The notes below the pieces were generated by a model. It was given only the letters and a program-made list of their open reading frames with translations. It had not been told where the DNA came from and made no database searches. Shown here one piece after another: positions 1 to 7,440 of a stretch of 64,000 nucleotides of DNA. Made by a program: the position numbers and the translations under genes. The stretch covers positions 25-64,024 of the forward strand of contig CBFGXJ010000005.1 in NCBI GenBank assembly GCA_965652795.1, given 5' to 3'. This stretch comes from an uncultured bacterium. Its GTDB lineage: Bacteria; Patescibacteriota; Saccharimonadia; Saccharimonadales; UBA4665. Position 1 is the stretch's first letter, and each line of letters begins with the position of its first letter.

Positions 1-159
1 ACCGACGAAGCTTAAGCAGCATTGCCGAATGTGATCCTGACGCCGCATATCGGCTTCTTCACTGAAGAAGCGCTGGTGCGTAAAGGTTATATCTGCGTTA
101 CAAATATCGAAAATTTCGTCGCCGGCGACCCGACAAATGTCGTGACCGATGATATGTAA
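1..159 (+). pseudogene. 3' remnant of a D-isomer-specific 2-hydroxyacid dehydrogenase gene with in-frame TAA at 13..15 (partial at window edge)
   Basis: Frame +1 reads TDEA*AALPNVILTPHIGFFTEEALVRKGYICVTNIENFVAGDPTNVVTDDM*. NV(I/L)xTPH..(F/Y)T.EA is the conserved catalytic-His block near the C-terminus of this family. Stop TAA at 157..159. Too short for the ORF track. Confidence 0.45.
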
Positions 160-224
160 CCTTCCGAGATGCGGGTGGCGGCTTACGAACCGGTCGGCCC
201 CTGTCTGCAGGGCGCGGTCGTAGG

Positions 225-881
225 CTACGCGGCCTTGCGGCCGTTTTCAGCCCGCCATTTGGCGATTTCGCCGTGGTGACCGCTTAGTAGCACGTCGGGT
301 ACGCGCCGGCCGCGAAATTCCTCAGGCCGCGTGTACTGGGGTGCTTCGATTGCATCTTCGTCCGTCTGGAAGGATTCTACCGCCGCACTGGTCTCGCCGC
401 CTAAAACTCCGGGGATCAGCCGAACGAAGCTATCGATCATAACCATTACCGGCAGCTCGCCACCAGTCAAAACGTACGGTCCCAGGCAATACTGCAGGTC
501 TATCCAATCCGTAATGCGCTCATCGTAGCCTTCATAGCGCGGGCAGACAAATATAACCCCCCGTTCGTCGTCAGCCAGCCGCTGTGCTTCCGTTTGGGTG
601 AATACCCGCCCCCGCGGCGTCGGCAGCACCACTACCGCCGTCGGATCAACCTGCTTGGCATGCTCTATGGCGGCCACAAGCGGCTCGGGCTTTAACAGCA
701 TGCCGTCGCCGCCGCCATACGGCGTGTCATCTACCGTCTTGCGGCTCCCCAGGCCAAAATCACGCAAGTTAATGTAACTGAATACCACCAAGCCGCGGTC
801 CTGGGCCTTCCACAGCATGCTTGCATTCAGCACCCCGGGGAACATTTCAGGGAACAAACTGATAATTTGGACACGTTTCAT
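225..881 (-). CDS. trmD: tRNA (guanine37-N1)-methyltransferase TrmD
   Basis: 218-aa ORF. IISLFPEMF, DDTPYGGGDGMLLKPEP and LLSGHHGEIAKWR are TrmD hallmarks. Confidence 0.95.
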   Translation of the reverse strand: MKRVQIISLFPEMFPGVLNASMLWKAQDRGLVVFSYINLRDFGLGSRKTVDDTPYGGGDGMLLKPEPLVAAIEHAKQVDPTAVVVLPTPRGRVFTQTEAQRLADDERGVIFVCPRYEGYDERITDWIDLQYCLGPYVLTGGELPVMVMIDSFVRLIPGVLGGETSAAVESFQTDEDAIEAPQYTRPEEFRGRRVPDVLLSGHHGEIAKWRAENGRKAA

Positions 882-888
882 TAGTGTA

Positions 889-897
889 ATTATACCA
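889..897 (-). promoter_or_regulatory. extended -10 promoter (TGGTATAAT) of trmD, leaderless geometry
   Basis: Reverse complement of attatacca. The hexamer ends 7 nt before the trmD ATG (881) with no Shine-Dalgarno in between. Confidence 0.6.
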
Positions 898-951
898 CTT
901 TGTATGAAATGTTATTGCGTAATTCTTAACTTATTATATAGTTAGAACATC

Positions 952-1587
952 ATGTCCGAAGTACATCCTATCGTCCACCCTGCCGCCCCCTTTAGCGAGG
1001 CTGGCGCCCGCAACATTGCAGAACTTCACGAGGCCGGCCTAGCGGCGGTCAGCTGGCTGGGCAAGCGCCCGAAGCGCGCGATCCCTGCGCCGCGTCGCAG
1101 TCCGGACGCAAGGAACCGGGAAACCATCATCAGATCGTACGCCTCTCAGGATCACCAACGATCCGTACGGGCAGCACTATTATCGGCTACAGCACAAAGC
1201 TCACCCGAAAGCCGCCTCGTCTCGTTTCCTGTTACGGACCCTACGTTTTCAAGTGCTGCTTCGGCCGACCAGGTCAGCCAACTACTGATGGACGTCCATC
1301 AGTCCGTCACTATAAAGGCTATTGGCGGCGCGTCACTCCTGACGCTGCTGCGCTATGAGTTCCCCGCGCGTGAAGACAGAGGCCACCTCATAGAATTTGA
1401 AGGCCACATACTCACCGCCGCCGGAACGCCGTCAGAACATCTGACCGAACAATTCGTTACGCTCTGCCCCACCCCCACAGAGCGTAACGATTACTTCGCA
1501 TATATGGCTAACAGCCATATTGCGGGCACGACACTGATTGAGCTCCATCAGCATTGGGAAGCCGCCGCCCGGCATGCCAACTCATAA
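952..1587 (+). CDS. hypothetical protein (orphan, 211 aa) in the slot where rimM normally lies
   Basis: Only long ORF in the trmD-KH gap, followed by a strong bidirectional terminator. No recognisable domain. Confidence 0.5.
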   Translation: MSEVHPIVHPAAPFSEAGARNIAELHEAGLAAVSWLGKRPKRAIPAPRRSPDARNRETIIRSYASQDHQRSVRAALLSATAQSSPESRLVSFPVTDPTFSSAASADQVSQLLMDVHQSVTIKAIGGASLLTLLRYEFPAREDRGHLIEFEGHILTAAGTPSEHLTEQFVTLCPTPTERNDYFAYMANSHIAGTTLIELHQHWEAAARHANS

Positions 1588-1665
1588 TCATCCGCTCCAA
1601 GCTTTTTCTGATATATACATGGCTCCGCCATACCTTGACCTTGCAGCACACTTCACTGTATATAC

Positions 1666-1695
1666 AAAAAGACCGGCGTAACTGCCGGTCTTTTT
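1666..1695. terminator. bidirectional intrinsic terminator hairpin
   Basis: aaaaagaccggc-gtaact-gccggtcttttt: 12-bp perfect stem with A-tract/T-tract arms, between convergent ORFs 952..1587 and 1803..2210. Confidence 0.8.
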
Positions 1696-1802
1696 GCCAC
1701 ATATAAGGCTCCCATCCGTTTCTTTTTGGAACCAGATGGCTCGCATGAGCGCTTAAAAGGTTTTTGTTTTTAAAAAAGCCAGTCACTTGGGACTAGCTCT
1801 TA

Positions 1803-2210
1803 CTATACATCGAGATCATCCAGCTCTTCAAGCTCTTTACGGGTTTTAGTTACAACACTACTCCGTGAATCGTCGTCGTCACTGGAGCTGCGTGCCGCGG
1901 CAAAGTTGTCATCACTCGACGCCGTGACCGTAGTGCCGCCGTCGTCACTTACGGGCATACCCGTACCGTTGTCGACGATTTTCAGATTATAGCGCGCATT
2001 TTGCTTTGTGCCCAATGCACGCAAAAGCGTCCGCAAGCTCTGGGCGGTTGCGCCACGCTTACCGATTACACGGCCTAAATCCTCAGGGTCTACTGTCAGT
2101 TCGAGCAATACCCCCTTTTCGTCAATCCGACGCTCAATCAGCACCTTTTCTGGATTGCTCACGAGCGACTTGACTATGTAGTCTACAAACTGTTGGTCAA
2201 TACTACTCAT
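1803..2210 (-). CDS. KH-domain RNA-binding protein (YlqC/UPF0109-like) with acidic C-terminal tail
   Basis: VLLELTVDPEDLGRVIGKRGATAQSLRTLL contains the KH GxxG loop (GKRG). Conserved position next to rpsP. Confidence 0.9.
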   Translation of the reverse strand: MSSIDQQFVDYIVKSLVSNPEKVLIERRIDEKGVLLELTVDPEDLGRVIGKRGATAQSLRTLLRALGTKQNARYNLKIVDNGTGMPVSDDGGTTVTASSDDNFAAARSSSDDDDSRSSVVTKTRKELEELDDLDV

Positions 2211-2326
2211 TGCAGGAAGTCCTCTAATTATATTTAGTAAGGCTAATTATATATCAAATAAAAGCAGCCCGATGTGAGCTGCTCTATTGCATTTGAAGAG
2301 TTGGTATGTTAGTTACGCGGTAATAT

Positions 2327-2713
2327 TTAAGAATTCTCGGGCTTTTCTTCAGCTTCGGGTGCACTGGCTTCAGCTTCGTCGGCCGGAGCGGCAGCTTCTT
2401 TGGGCTGGTTTTTGCGCAGTTTTTCAGGGTTGCGCAACTTGCCGGCCTTACCTTCGCTTAAACGCACCCACTTCGGCAGGTCGATGCCTTCGGTTATAAG
2501 CAGGCGGGCAACGCGGTCTGACGGCTGGGCGCCGTTGCTTAGGAAGGTAACGGTCTTTTCTTTGTCGAGCGTTACAGCCTTGCTGTGCGGGTCGTAATTG
2601 CCCAGCAGAGCGACAATTTTACCACTGGTAGGGGTACGGTGCGCGTCCTGGACGACAACACGGAACATTGCGTGACCCTTGCGACCGGTGCGCTGCATGC
2701 GGATAGCTAACAT
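2327..2713 (-). CDS. rpsP: 30S ribosomal protein S16 (long C-terminal extension)
   Basis: MLAIRMQRTGRKGHAMFRVVVQD fits the S16 N-terminus. The ORF-track start at 2737 is a TTG 8 codons upstream, and the ATG at 2711..2713 fits the family better. Confidence 0.93.
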   Translation of the reverse strand: MLAIRMQRTGRKGHAMFRVVVQDAHRTPTSGKIVALLGNYDPHSKAVTLDKEKTVTFLSNGAQPSDRVARLLITEGIDLPKWVRLSEGKAGKLRNPEKLRKNQPKEAAAPADEAEASAPEAEEKPENS

Positions 2714-2848
2714 AAAACTCTTATTTCTCTCTTTCAATGCGTTAGATTGTTGTATCTATCTGCATGTATTTTACAGATAAACACCTCTGATGTCAACTAA
2801 GCCTGCCCAGACCGGTCACTAGTGTACGCCGCTCAATGCCCCGCGGCC

Positions 2849-3379
2849 CTAGCCGCACGTTTGACTTTGGGTTATAACTACCCCCACACTGCCCTGCATA
2901 GCCGTTGGCTGCGGTACGTTTTCAGGTGGTGAATGAGACAATGCAACGGTGAAATATAGTTCTGTTAAGTCGCCAGGGTAATGTGCTCGGCTATAATTTT
3001 GGAGTTCTCGAATGCCGTTCTCGGGCCCTTGAAAAAGAGGCGATGAAAAGCTCATGTCGTTTTCTGCCGCATCAACTTGGCCAACTTCCCCATATCCTGT
3101 AAAAATACCCGTATAGGTAAGAACCGCCCTGGCCGGCGCTCTCTTGCGGCTCGTTATGATTGCCTCACCCGCATCCGTAATGACTTGCTTGGCGGCCTCA
3201 GGATCAGCCGGCTCGGCCACCTTGCCCGTCAGCTGAAGCGCGTAGTATCCTGCGAATATTTCCCTGGATGCAATTGGAATGCAGTCCCGAGGCGTCTCCT
3301 GCTTGGCAACGCCTGACCCGCCGAGTAAGCCCACCAATAATCCCGCACTCACTCTAGTTGCTATTCTTTTTGATCGCAT
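2849..3379 (-). CDS. secreted hypothetical protein, Cys-pair family (176 aa)
   Basis: N-terminal signal-like segment (RVSAGLLVGLLGGSG). Exactly two Cys, one early (RDCIPIA) and one 2 residues from the C-terminus (QTCG). Confidence 0.6.
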   Translation of the reverse strand: MRSKRIATRVSAGLLVGLLGGSGVAKQETPRDCIPIASREIFAGYYALQLTGKVAEPADPEAAKQVITDAGEAIITSRKRAPARAVLTYTGIFTGYGEVGQVDAAENDMSFSSPLFQGPENGIRELQNYSRAHYPGDLTELYFTVALSHSPPENVPQPTAMQGSVGVVITQSQTCG

Positions 3380-3433
3380 AGCCGTATCCTAACATATCTC
3401 CGCATTTTAGCCATGCAATCGGCTGAGGAGAAC

Positions 3434-3985
3434 CTAAACCTCGCAGGTTCCCGGCACCACAGTGACCCGCACGCTCACAGTGCCGACATCGATCGTTGGC
3501 TCAGGCATGACTATAGCGGCCGGAAGTTCGCTGGAATACGCCTCTTCCCAACCGATGCGTGGCAGCAGGTCGGGTATACGCTCTTGGGCATGGCGGGTAA
3601 CCATAGCCTTGGCGTCATCAACGGCCTGCTCCATCGGGTCGTTATCATTCGTATTTTGGTTAGCACGCGCACGCTGCTCCGGCGTGCCGAACACCGCCAA
3701 AGATACGACCAGGCCGCCCAGCGGCTCGGTAGCCGCCGCCCGGTACTGGTCGATCGCATCCACCGCGCTGCTGGCTGTCCATTCGCCCCAACCGGGGTGT
3801 GGCATCTCGTAGGTTGGGTCCAGCCGGGCCGGGTAATAGTCGTAATATACCTGTGTCGACTCGCCCTCACTGGCGCACACCAAAGGCTGGGATGGTATAG
3901 GGCGGGTTTTACCCGGATCAGAAGACTCACAACCCGCCACCAGCACGCATGTCATGGCAGCGGCGAGCAATCGCTCGCCTTTCAT
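3434..3985 (-). CDS. lipoprotein, Cys-pair family (183 aa)
   Basis: Lipobox LVAGC. Mature part has an early Cys (LVCASEG) and a Cys 3 residues from the C-terminus (GTCEV). The start overlaps the stop of the upstream gene (TAATG at 3983..3987). Confidence 0.7.
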   Translation of the reverse strand: MKGERLLAAAMTCVLVAGCESSDPGKTRPIPSQPLVCASEGESTQVYYDYYPARLDPTYEMPHPGWGEWTASSAVDAIDQYRAAATEPLGGLVVSLAVFGTPEQRARANQNTNDNDPMEQAVDDAKAMVTRHAQERIPDLLPRIGWEEAYSSELPAAIVMPEPTIDVGTVSVRVTVVPGTCEV

Positions 3986-4539
3986 TATTTCGGCCCTTGC
4001 GGAGAGGCAGCGCAGTCTCTTGCGGCCACCACGGCTAGCATTACGTGCCCTATGCCGGGTGGTATAACCAGTTCGGGATAGTCTGAGCTAGGCGCTAACT
4101 CTATTACAGGAGGAATTATCTGTACGCCCGGCATAACATGGTTCGGTATAATGACCGACGGAACTTCGGTCGCCAGCCGCAGCGGACCATTGTCCGCCGC
4201 AACCTCTTTAGCATAGACAGCATCTTCGGCAACTCCCGTTAGCTTCATTCCGAACGCTATATCATCGTACCGTTGATGATGCGCATTCATGGTATTGATC
4301 GCACCGTTTAATACATCCAGCTCTTGGCGTTCAAGTACTGGGTTCCCGGCACGCGGCCCTTCAGTATGAACCAAGAAGCCGCCGTCATACACGGGGAATG
4401 GCCTCCTATCACAGGCTTCCGGGGAAGGTGATGCTACGGTTGCCGGTGGTGTCGGCTGCGGCTGAGCCTCGTTGCCGGCGCTGCAACCGCCAACCATAAG
4501 TCCTACTCCGAGCGCCGCTGCCGCAAATCGTTCTTTCAT
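3985..4539 (-). CDS. lipoprotein, Cys-pair family (184 aa)
   Basis: Lipobox MVGGC. Early Cys (EACDRRP) and late Cys (ARDCAAS). Confidence 0.7.
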   Translation of the reverse strand: MKERFAAAALGVGLMVGGCSAGNEAQPQPTPPATVASPSPEACDRRPFPVYDGGFLVHTEGPRAGNPVLERQELDVLNGAINTMNAHHQRYDDIAFGMKLTGVAEDAVYAKEVAADNGPLRLATEVPSVIIPNHVMPGVQIIPPVIELAPSSDYPELVIPPGIGHVMLAVVAARDCAASPQGPK

Positions 4540-4612
4540 GTACTTACTAAATCAGTTTTATGATTTCTGCGCAATTAAATAGGGTTGTAAAAGTTACCCT
4601 AGGCTACAGATA

Positions 4613-5320
4613 TTACGCGCCGGGCTTGGCTTCATACTTTCGTAGAGCATCTTCGGCAGCTTGCTGCTGGCCGGACTGCTTACTGGGGCCGGTGCCCTGC
4701 CCCTTCAGCTGGTTGTTGACGAACACGCCGACCGTAAATGTCTTGTCGTGGTCGGGGCCGTCCTCGGCCAGGACGCGGTAGACCGGCGTGTGACCTTCGC
4801 GGCTCTGCACCACCTCTTGCAAATGCGATTTAGGATCAAGCCACGAGCCACTCGACAAAATGTCTTTAAAGGTGCTGATGAGGCTCTCGGTAATAAAGGT
4901 TTTGGCGGCTTCATAGCCCTTATCCAGGTAAATCGAGCCTACCACGGCTTCGTAGCTGTTGGCCAAAATCTGCACCCGGGCGCGGGCAGTGCCGTGCTTC
5001 TCCCCGCGCGACAGGCGCAGCATCGGTTCAAAGCCGCTACGGGCGGCCGCGGCGGCGATTGACTCGGTGCGCACCAGGCTGCTGCGCCAGTTGGTGAGCG
5101 TGCCTTCCGGCTCACTGTAATTAGCGTAGAGATACTCGGTTACCACCAGCTCAAGCACGGCGTCGCCGAGAAATTCCAGCCGCTCGTTGTGCTCGCGGGC
5201 GGTTTTCTTGTGCTCATTAACATATGAACGGTGCGTAAAAGCAGTTACCAGGAGCCCGATGTCGTCGTAGGCAACACCGAGCGTGTCGCGGGCAAAGGTT
5301 TGGTAGGCGCTGTAATCCAT
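4613..5320 (-). CDS. rnc: ribonuclease III
   Basis: ERLEFLGDAVLELVV RNase III signature plus a C-terminal dsRBD (DHDKTFTVGV...GPSKQSGQQQAAEDAL). SD GAAGGAA upstream. Confidence 0.95.
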   Translation of the reverse strand: MDYSAYQTFARDTLGVAYDDIGLLVTAFTHRSYVNEHKKTAREHNERLEFLGDAVLELVVTEYLYANYSEPEGTLTNWRSSLVRTESIAAAAARSGFEPMLRLSRGEKHGTARARVQILANSYEAVVGSIYLDKGYEAAKTFITESLISTFKDILSSGSWLDPKSHLQEVVQSREGHTPVYRVLAEDGPDHDKTFTVGVFVNNQLKGQGTGPSKQSGQQQAAEDALRKYEAKPGA

Positions 5321-5349
5321 GCTGCGTATTCCTTCTGACGGGTGCGCGC

Positions 5350-5847
5350 CTAGAGGCGGGCGTCCCTAATCCTCTTCATTCCTACTAATATTAGCTTCCC
5401 AATATCATCATAAGCTATTTTATCAATAGCGCTGTGCGCTGGGAACCATTTGATGTCGTTCAGCCAGTCCTCGCCTTCGAGGTCATCGGTATCGCCGAGC
5501 GCCTGCACCAGGTAAATGTGCATTGTCATCAGCACCAGCGTGCTGCTGCGGCGGTAGCGGAAGTTGACCTTGCCCAGCCAGCTCATGACCTTCATTTCTT
5601 TCAGGCCGGTTTCTTCTTGGATTTCGCGGCGGGCTGTTTGCTTGGGCTCTTCGTCGGGCTCAACATGCCCTTTCGGGATCGTCCAGCGGTTCTTGGCATC
5701 CTGAATCAGCAGGATCTCAAGCGTACCACCCTCACCGCGGCGAAAAATAATCCCGCCGGAGGTCGTCTCGTGGACTACCTCTTGGATCGTAGGCCGCCGG
5801 CCCGGGATAAAGCGGCGGATTCCCTGGATCGGCTTAGGTCGCTTCAT
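5350..5847 (-). CDS. NUDIX hydrolase
   Basis: Nudix box GHVEPDEEPKQTARREIQEETGL (GX5EX7REUXEEXGU). Confidence 0.9.
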   Translation of the reverse strand: MKRPKPIQGIRRFIPGRRPTIQEVVHETTSGGIIFRRGEGGTLEILLIQDAKNRWTIPKGHVEPDEEPKQTARREIQEETGLKEMKVMSWLGKVNFRYRRSSTLVLMTMHIYLVQALGDTDDLEGEDWLNDIKWFPAHSAIDKIAYDDIGKLILVGMKRIRDARL

Positions 5848-5849
5848 AG

Positions 5850-6395
5850 TTATTCTTCTTTCTTTGAAGACTCGTCGCCGGGCGCAACCGCAGCGTCGGT
5901 AGCCGGCTTTGCGGCAGCTGCTTCAGCGTCGTCATTTGCGCCGGTGGCGGGCTCGTCGGCCAACTCGCCGCCGTCACGCTTGCGCAGCAGCGTACCCAGC
6001 ACGCCATTGACGAACTTGGAGGAGTTCTCGCTGCCGAAGGCCTTGGCAAGCTCAACAGCTTCGTTGATAACCACTTTGGGCGGCGTGTCCTTCTCATGGA
6101 GCAGCTCGTACAGACCCAGGCGCAAAATAGTACGGTCCATGCGGGCGATCTGGGCGATCGGCCACTCCGGGGCAACCGGCTGCAGCATGTCATCCAGCTC
6201 GGCAGCACGCTCACTGACGCCGTTGACCAAGCGCTCAATGAAGGCTTTGTCATCAACGGTCGTCTCGTAGCGCGAGATATTGCGCGCCAGCACACCGGCC
6301 AGCTCAAACCCGGCGTCACGCGAACTCTCGCGGAAGTCTTGCTCGAACAGCGTTTGCAGGGCAATGATGCGCCCTAAATGTCGGTTTGATGCCAT
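5850..6395 (-). CDS. nusB: transcription antitermination factor NusB (Ala/Glu-rich C-terminal tail)
   Basis: RIIALQTLFEQDF, RLGLYELL and VINEAVELAKAFG are a NusB-family pattern. Confidence 0.9.
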   Translation of the reverse strand: MASNRHLGRIIALQTLFEQDFRESSRDAGFELAGVLARNISRYETTVDDKAFIERLVNGVSERAAELDDMLQPVAPEWPIAQIARMDRTILRLGLYELLHEKDTPPKVVINEAVELAKAFGSENSSKFVNGVLGTLLRKRDGGELADEPATGANDDAEAAAAKPATDAAVAPGDESSKKEE

Positions 6396-6486
6396 CGTTC
6401 GCCACCTTTTCCTAACGTTACCAGCCAGTGCGGTTTAGGCCGTCTTCTTTGGTCTCTTCTTCGGTCCGTATGACAGATATCGAAGA

Positions 6487-6642
6487 CTAAGCTTCGGCAG
6501 CCTGTTTCTTACCGCTTTCGCGGCGGGTCGTGTAGGCCTTGACCGGAGACTTGGCGTTAACTGCACGGGCCAGATCAACAACCAGGTGGCTGCGGCGGGC
6601 GCCGGTGCGGCGAGCGGATGTACGCTTCTTTGGTTTACCCAT
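6487..6642 (-). CDS. rpmF: 50S ribosomal protein L32
   Basis: Hand translation gives MGKPKKRTSARRTGARRSHLVVDLARAVNAKSPVKAYTTRRESGKKQAAEA* (51 aa, below the ORF-track cutoff). The K(K/R)RTS..R...RR(S/A)H N-terminus is the L32 signature. GGAAGGAG lies upstream. Confidence 0.85.
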   Translation of the reverse strand: MGKPKKRTSARRTGARRSHLVVDLARAVNAKSPVKAYTTRRESGKKQAAEA

Positions 6643-6707
6643 AGAGGAGAAACTCCTTCCTGTCGGTGACAGTCTTCTATGATTTTAGCTTTAGTGAATT
6701 ACTTGGT

Positions 6708-6736
6708 ATTATACCCCATATTGGCGTTGGCTACAA
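6708..6736 (-). promoter_or_regulatory. sigma70-type promoter of rpmF (TTGTAG-17-TATAAT)
   Basis: -35 is the reverse complement of 6731..6736 and -10 the reverse complement of 6708..6713, with a 17-nt spacer, about 58 nt upstream of the rpmF ATG. Confidence 0.6.
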
Positions 6737-6844
6737 GTGTTTACAGATGTTTTAACACGTGCCTGTAGGCATTGTACTGTCTGCAACTGCATGCTGGCTG
6801 AAGGTGCGGCATCGACGGCACCGCACCAGCTTCGTGCGATTTTA

Positions 6845-6874
6845 TTGACTTTTTATAGATTTTATGTTTAAATA
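6845..6874 (+). promoter_or_regulatory. promoter of ORF 6880..7302 (TTGACT-18-TAAATA), leaderless geometry
   Basis: -35 at 6845..6850 and -10 at 6869..6874. The ATG at 6880 is 5 nt downstream with no SD. Confidence 0.5.
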
Positions 6875-6879
6875 ACGCA

Positions 6880-7302
6880 ATGAGAGCACGAATCAGACGA
6901 GAACTGTTAAAAGGTACCAGCATCGCAGGCATCGCACTGACGGCCGGCATCCTGATCGGCCAACACAGTGAGAAAGAGGCACCTGCACCGCAAGTATGCG
7001 GCTACAGCACCTCTGCCGAAGGCAGCACCTTCAACGAAATGGTGCATGAGGCCGCCCAGCAGGCCGGCGTACGCGTCACCGAAAATGACGTAGTAGCCAT
7101 TGGACAATCGGCCGTCGCTTACTACGGCCATCTGATGAATACGCCCGCACATGCTGCCGAACTGAAGCCAGGTGTTCGTTTAGGCTTATGCTGGGGCATT
7201 GGTCATCCGGGTGAAAGCGCCCAGATCAACTTCAGCGGTCCTGCCTTCGGAGGCGATCTGCCGGCTTTGCCGCCTAGCGCCGCCCCTTCTTCGCCCCAGT
7301 AA
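6880..7302 (+). CDS. membrane-anchored hypothetical protein (140 aa)
   Basis: N-terminal TM helix (SIAGIALTAGILIG). Own promoter and a downstream bidirectional terminator. Confidence 0.55.
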   Translation: MRARIRRELLKGTSIAGIALTAGILIGQHSEKEAPAPQVCGYSTSAEGSTFNEMVHEAAQQAGVRVTENDVVAIGQSAVAYYGHLMNTPAHAAELKPGVRLGLCWGIGHPGESAQINFSGPAFGGDLPALPPSAAPSSPQ

Positions 7303-7340
7303 AGCGGCTTGCAGCGCCTAGTCCGCCCCTATCCGCATAT

Positions 7341-7368
7341 AAAAAGAGCCTGGCGACAGGCTCTTTTT
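7341..7368. terminator. bidirectional intrinsic terminator hairpin
   Basis: aaaaagagcctg-gcga-caggctcttttt: 12-bp perfect stem, between convergent 6880..7302 and leuS. Confidence 0.8.
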
Positions 7369-7440
7369 AGCAACAACACTACCCCGTCAGTCCGTGCAAA
7401 TACTGCCAGCTGGCCTATACGGTTACAGTCAGTTTCTTAC

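Noticed and set aside
5434-6270. 278-aa ORF antisense to the Nudix and nusB genes. Similar long antisense or alternative-frame ORFs occur at 7966..8646, 9133..9816, 21184..22059, 35114..36253, 41914..42582, 44710..45414, 48555..49613 and 61651..62289.
   Set aside because: Each overlaps a gene with strong conserved motifs on the other strand or frame. None has an SD or -10 box at its start, and all show low-complexity antisense-type composition.
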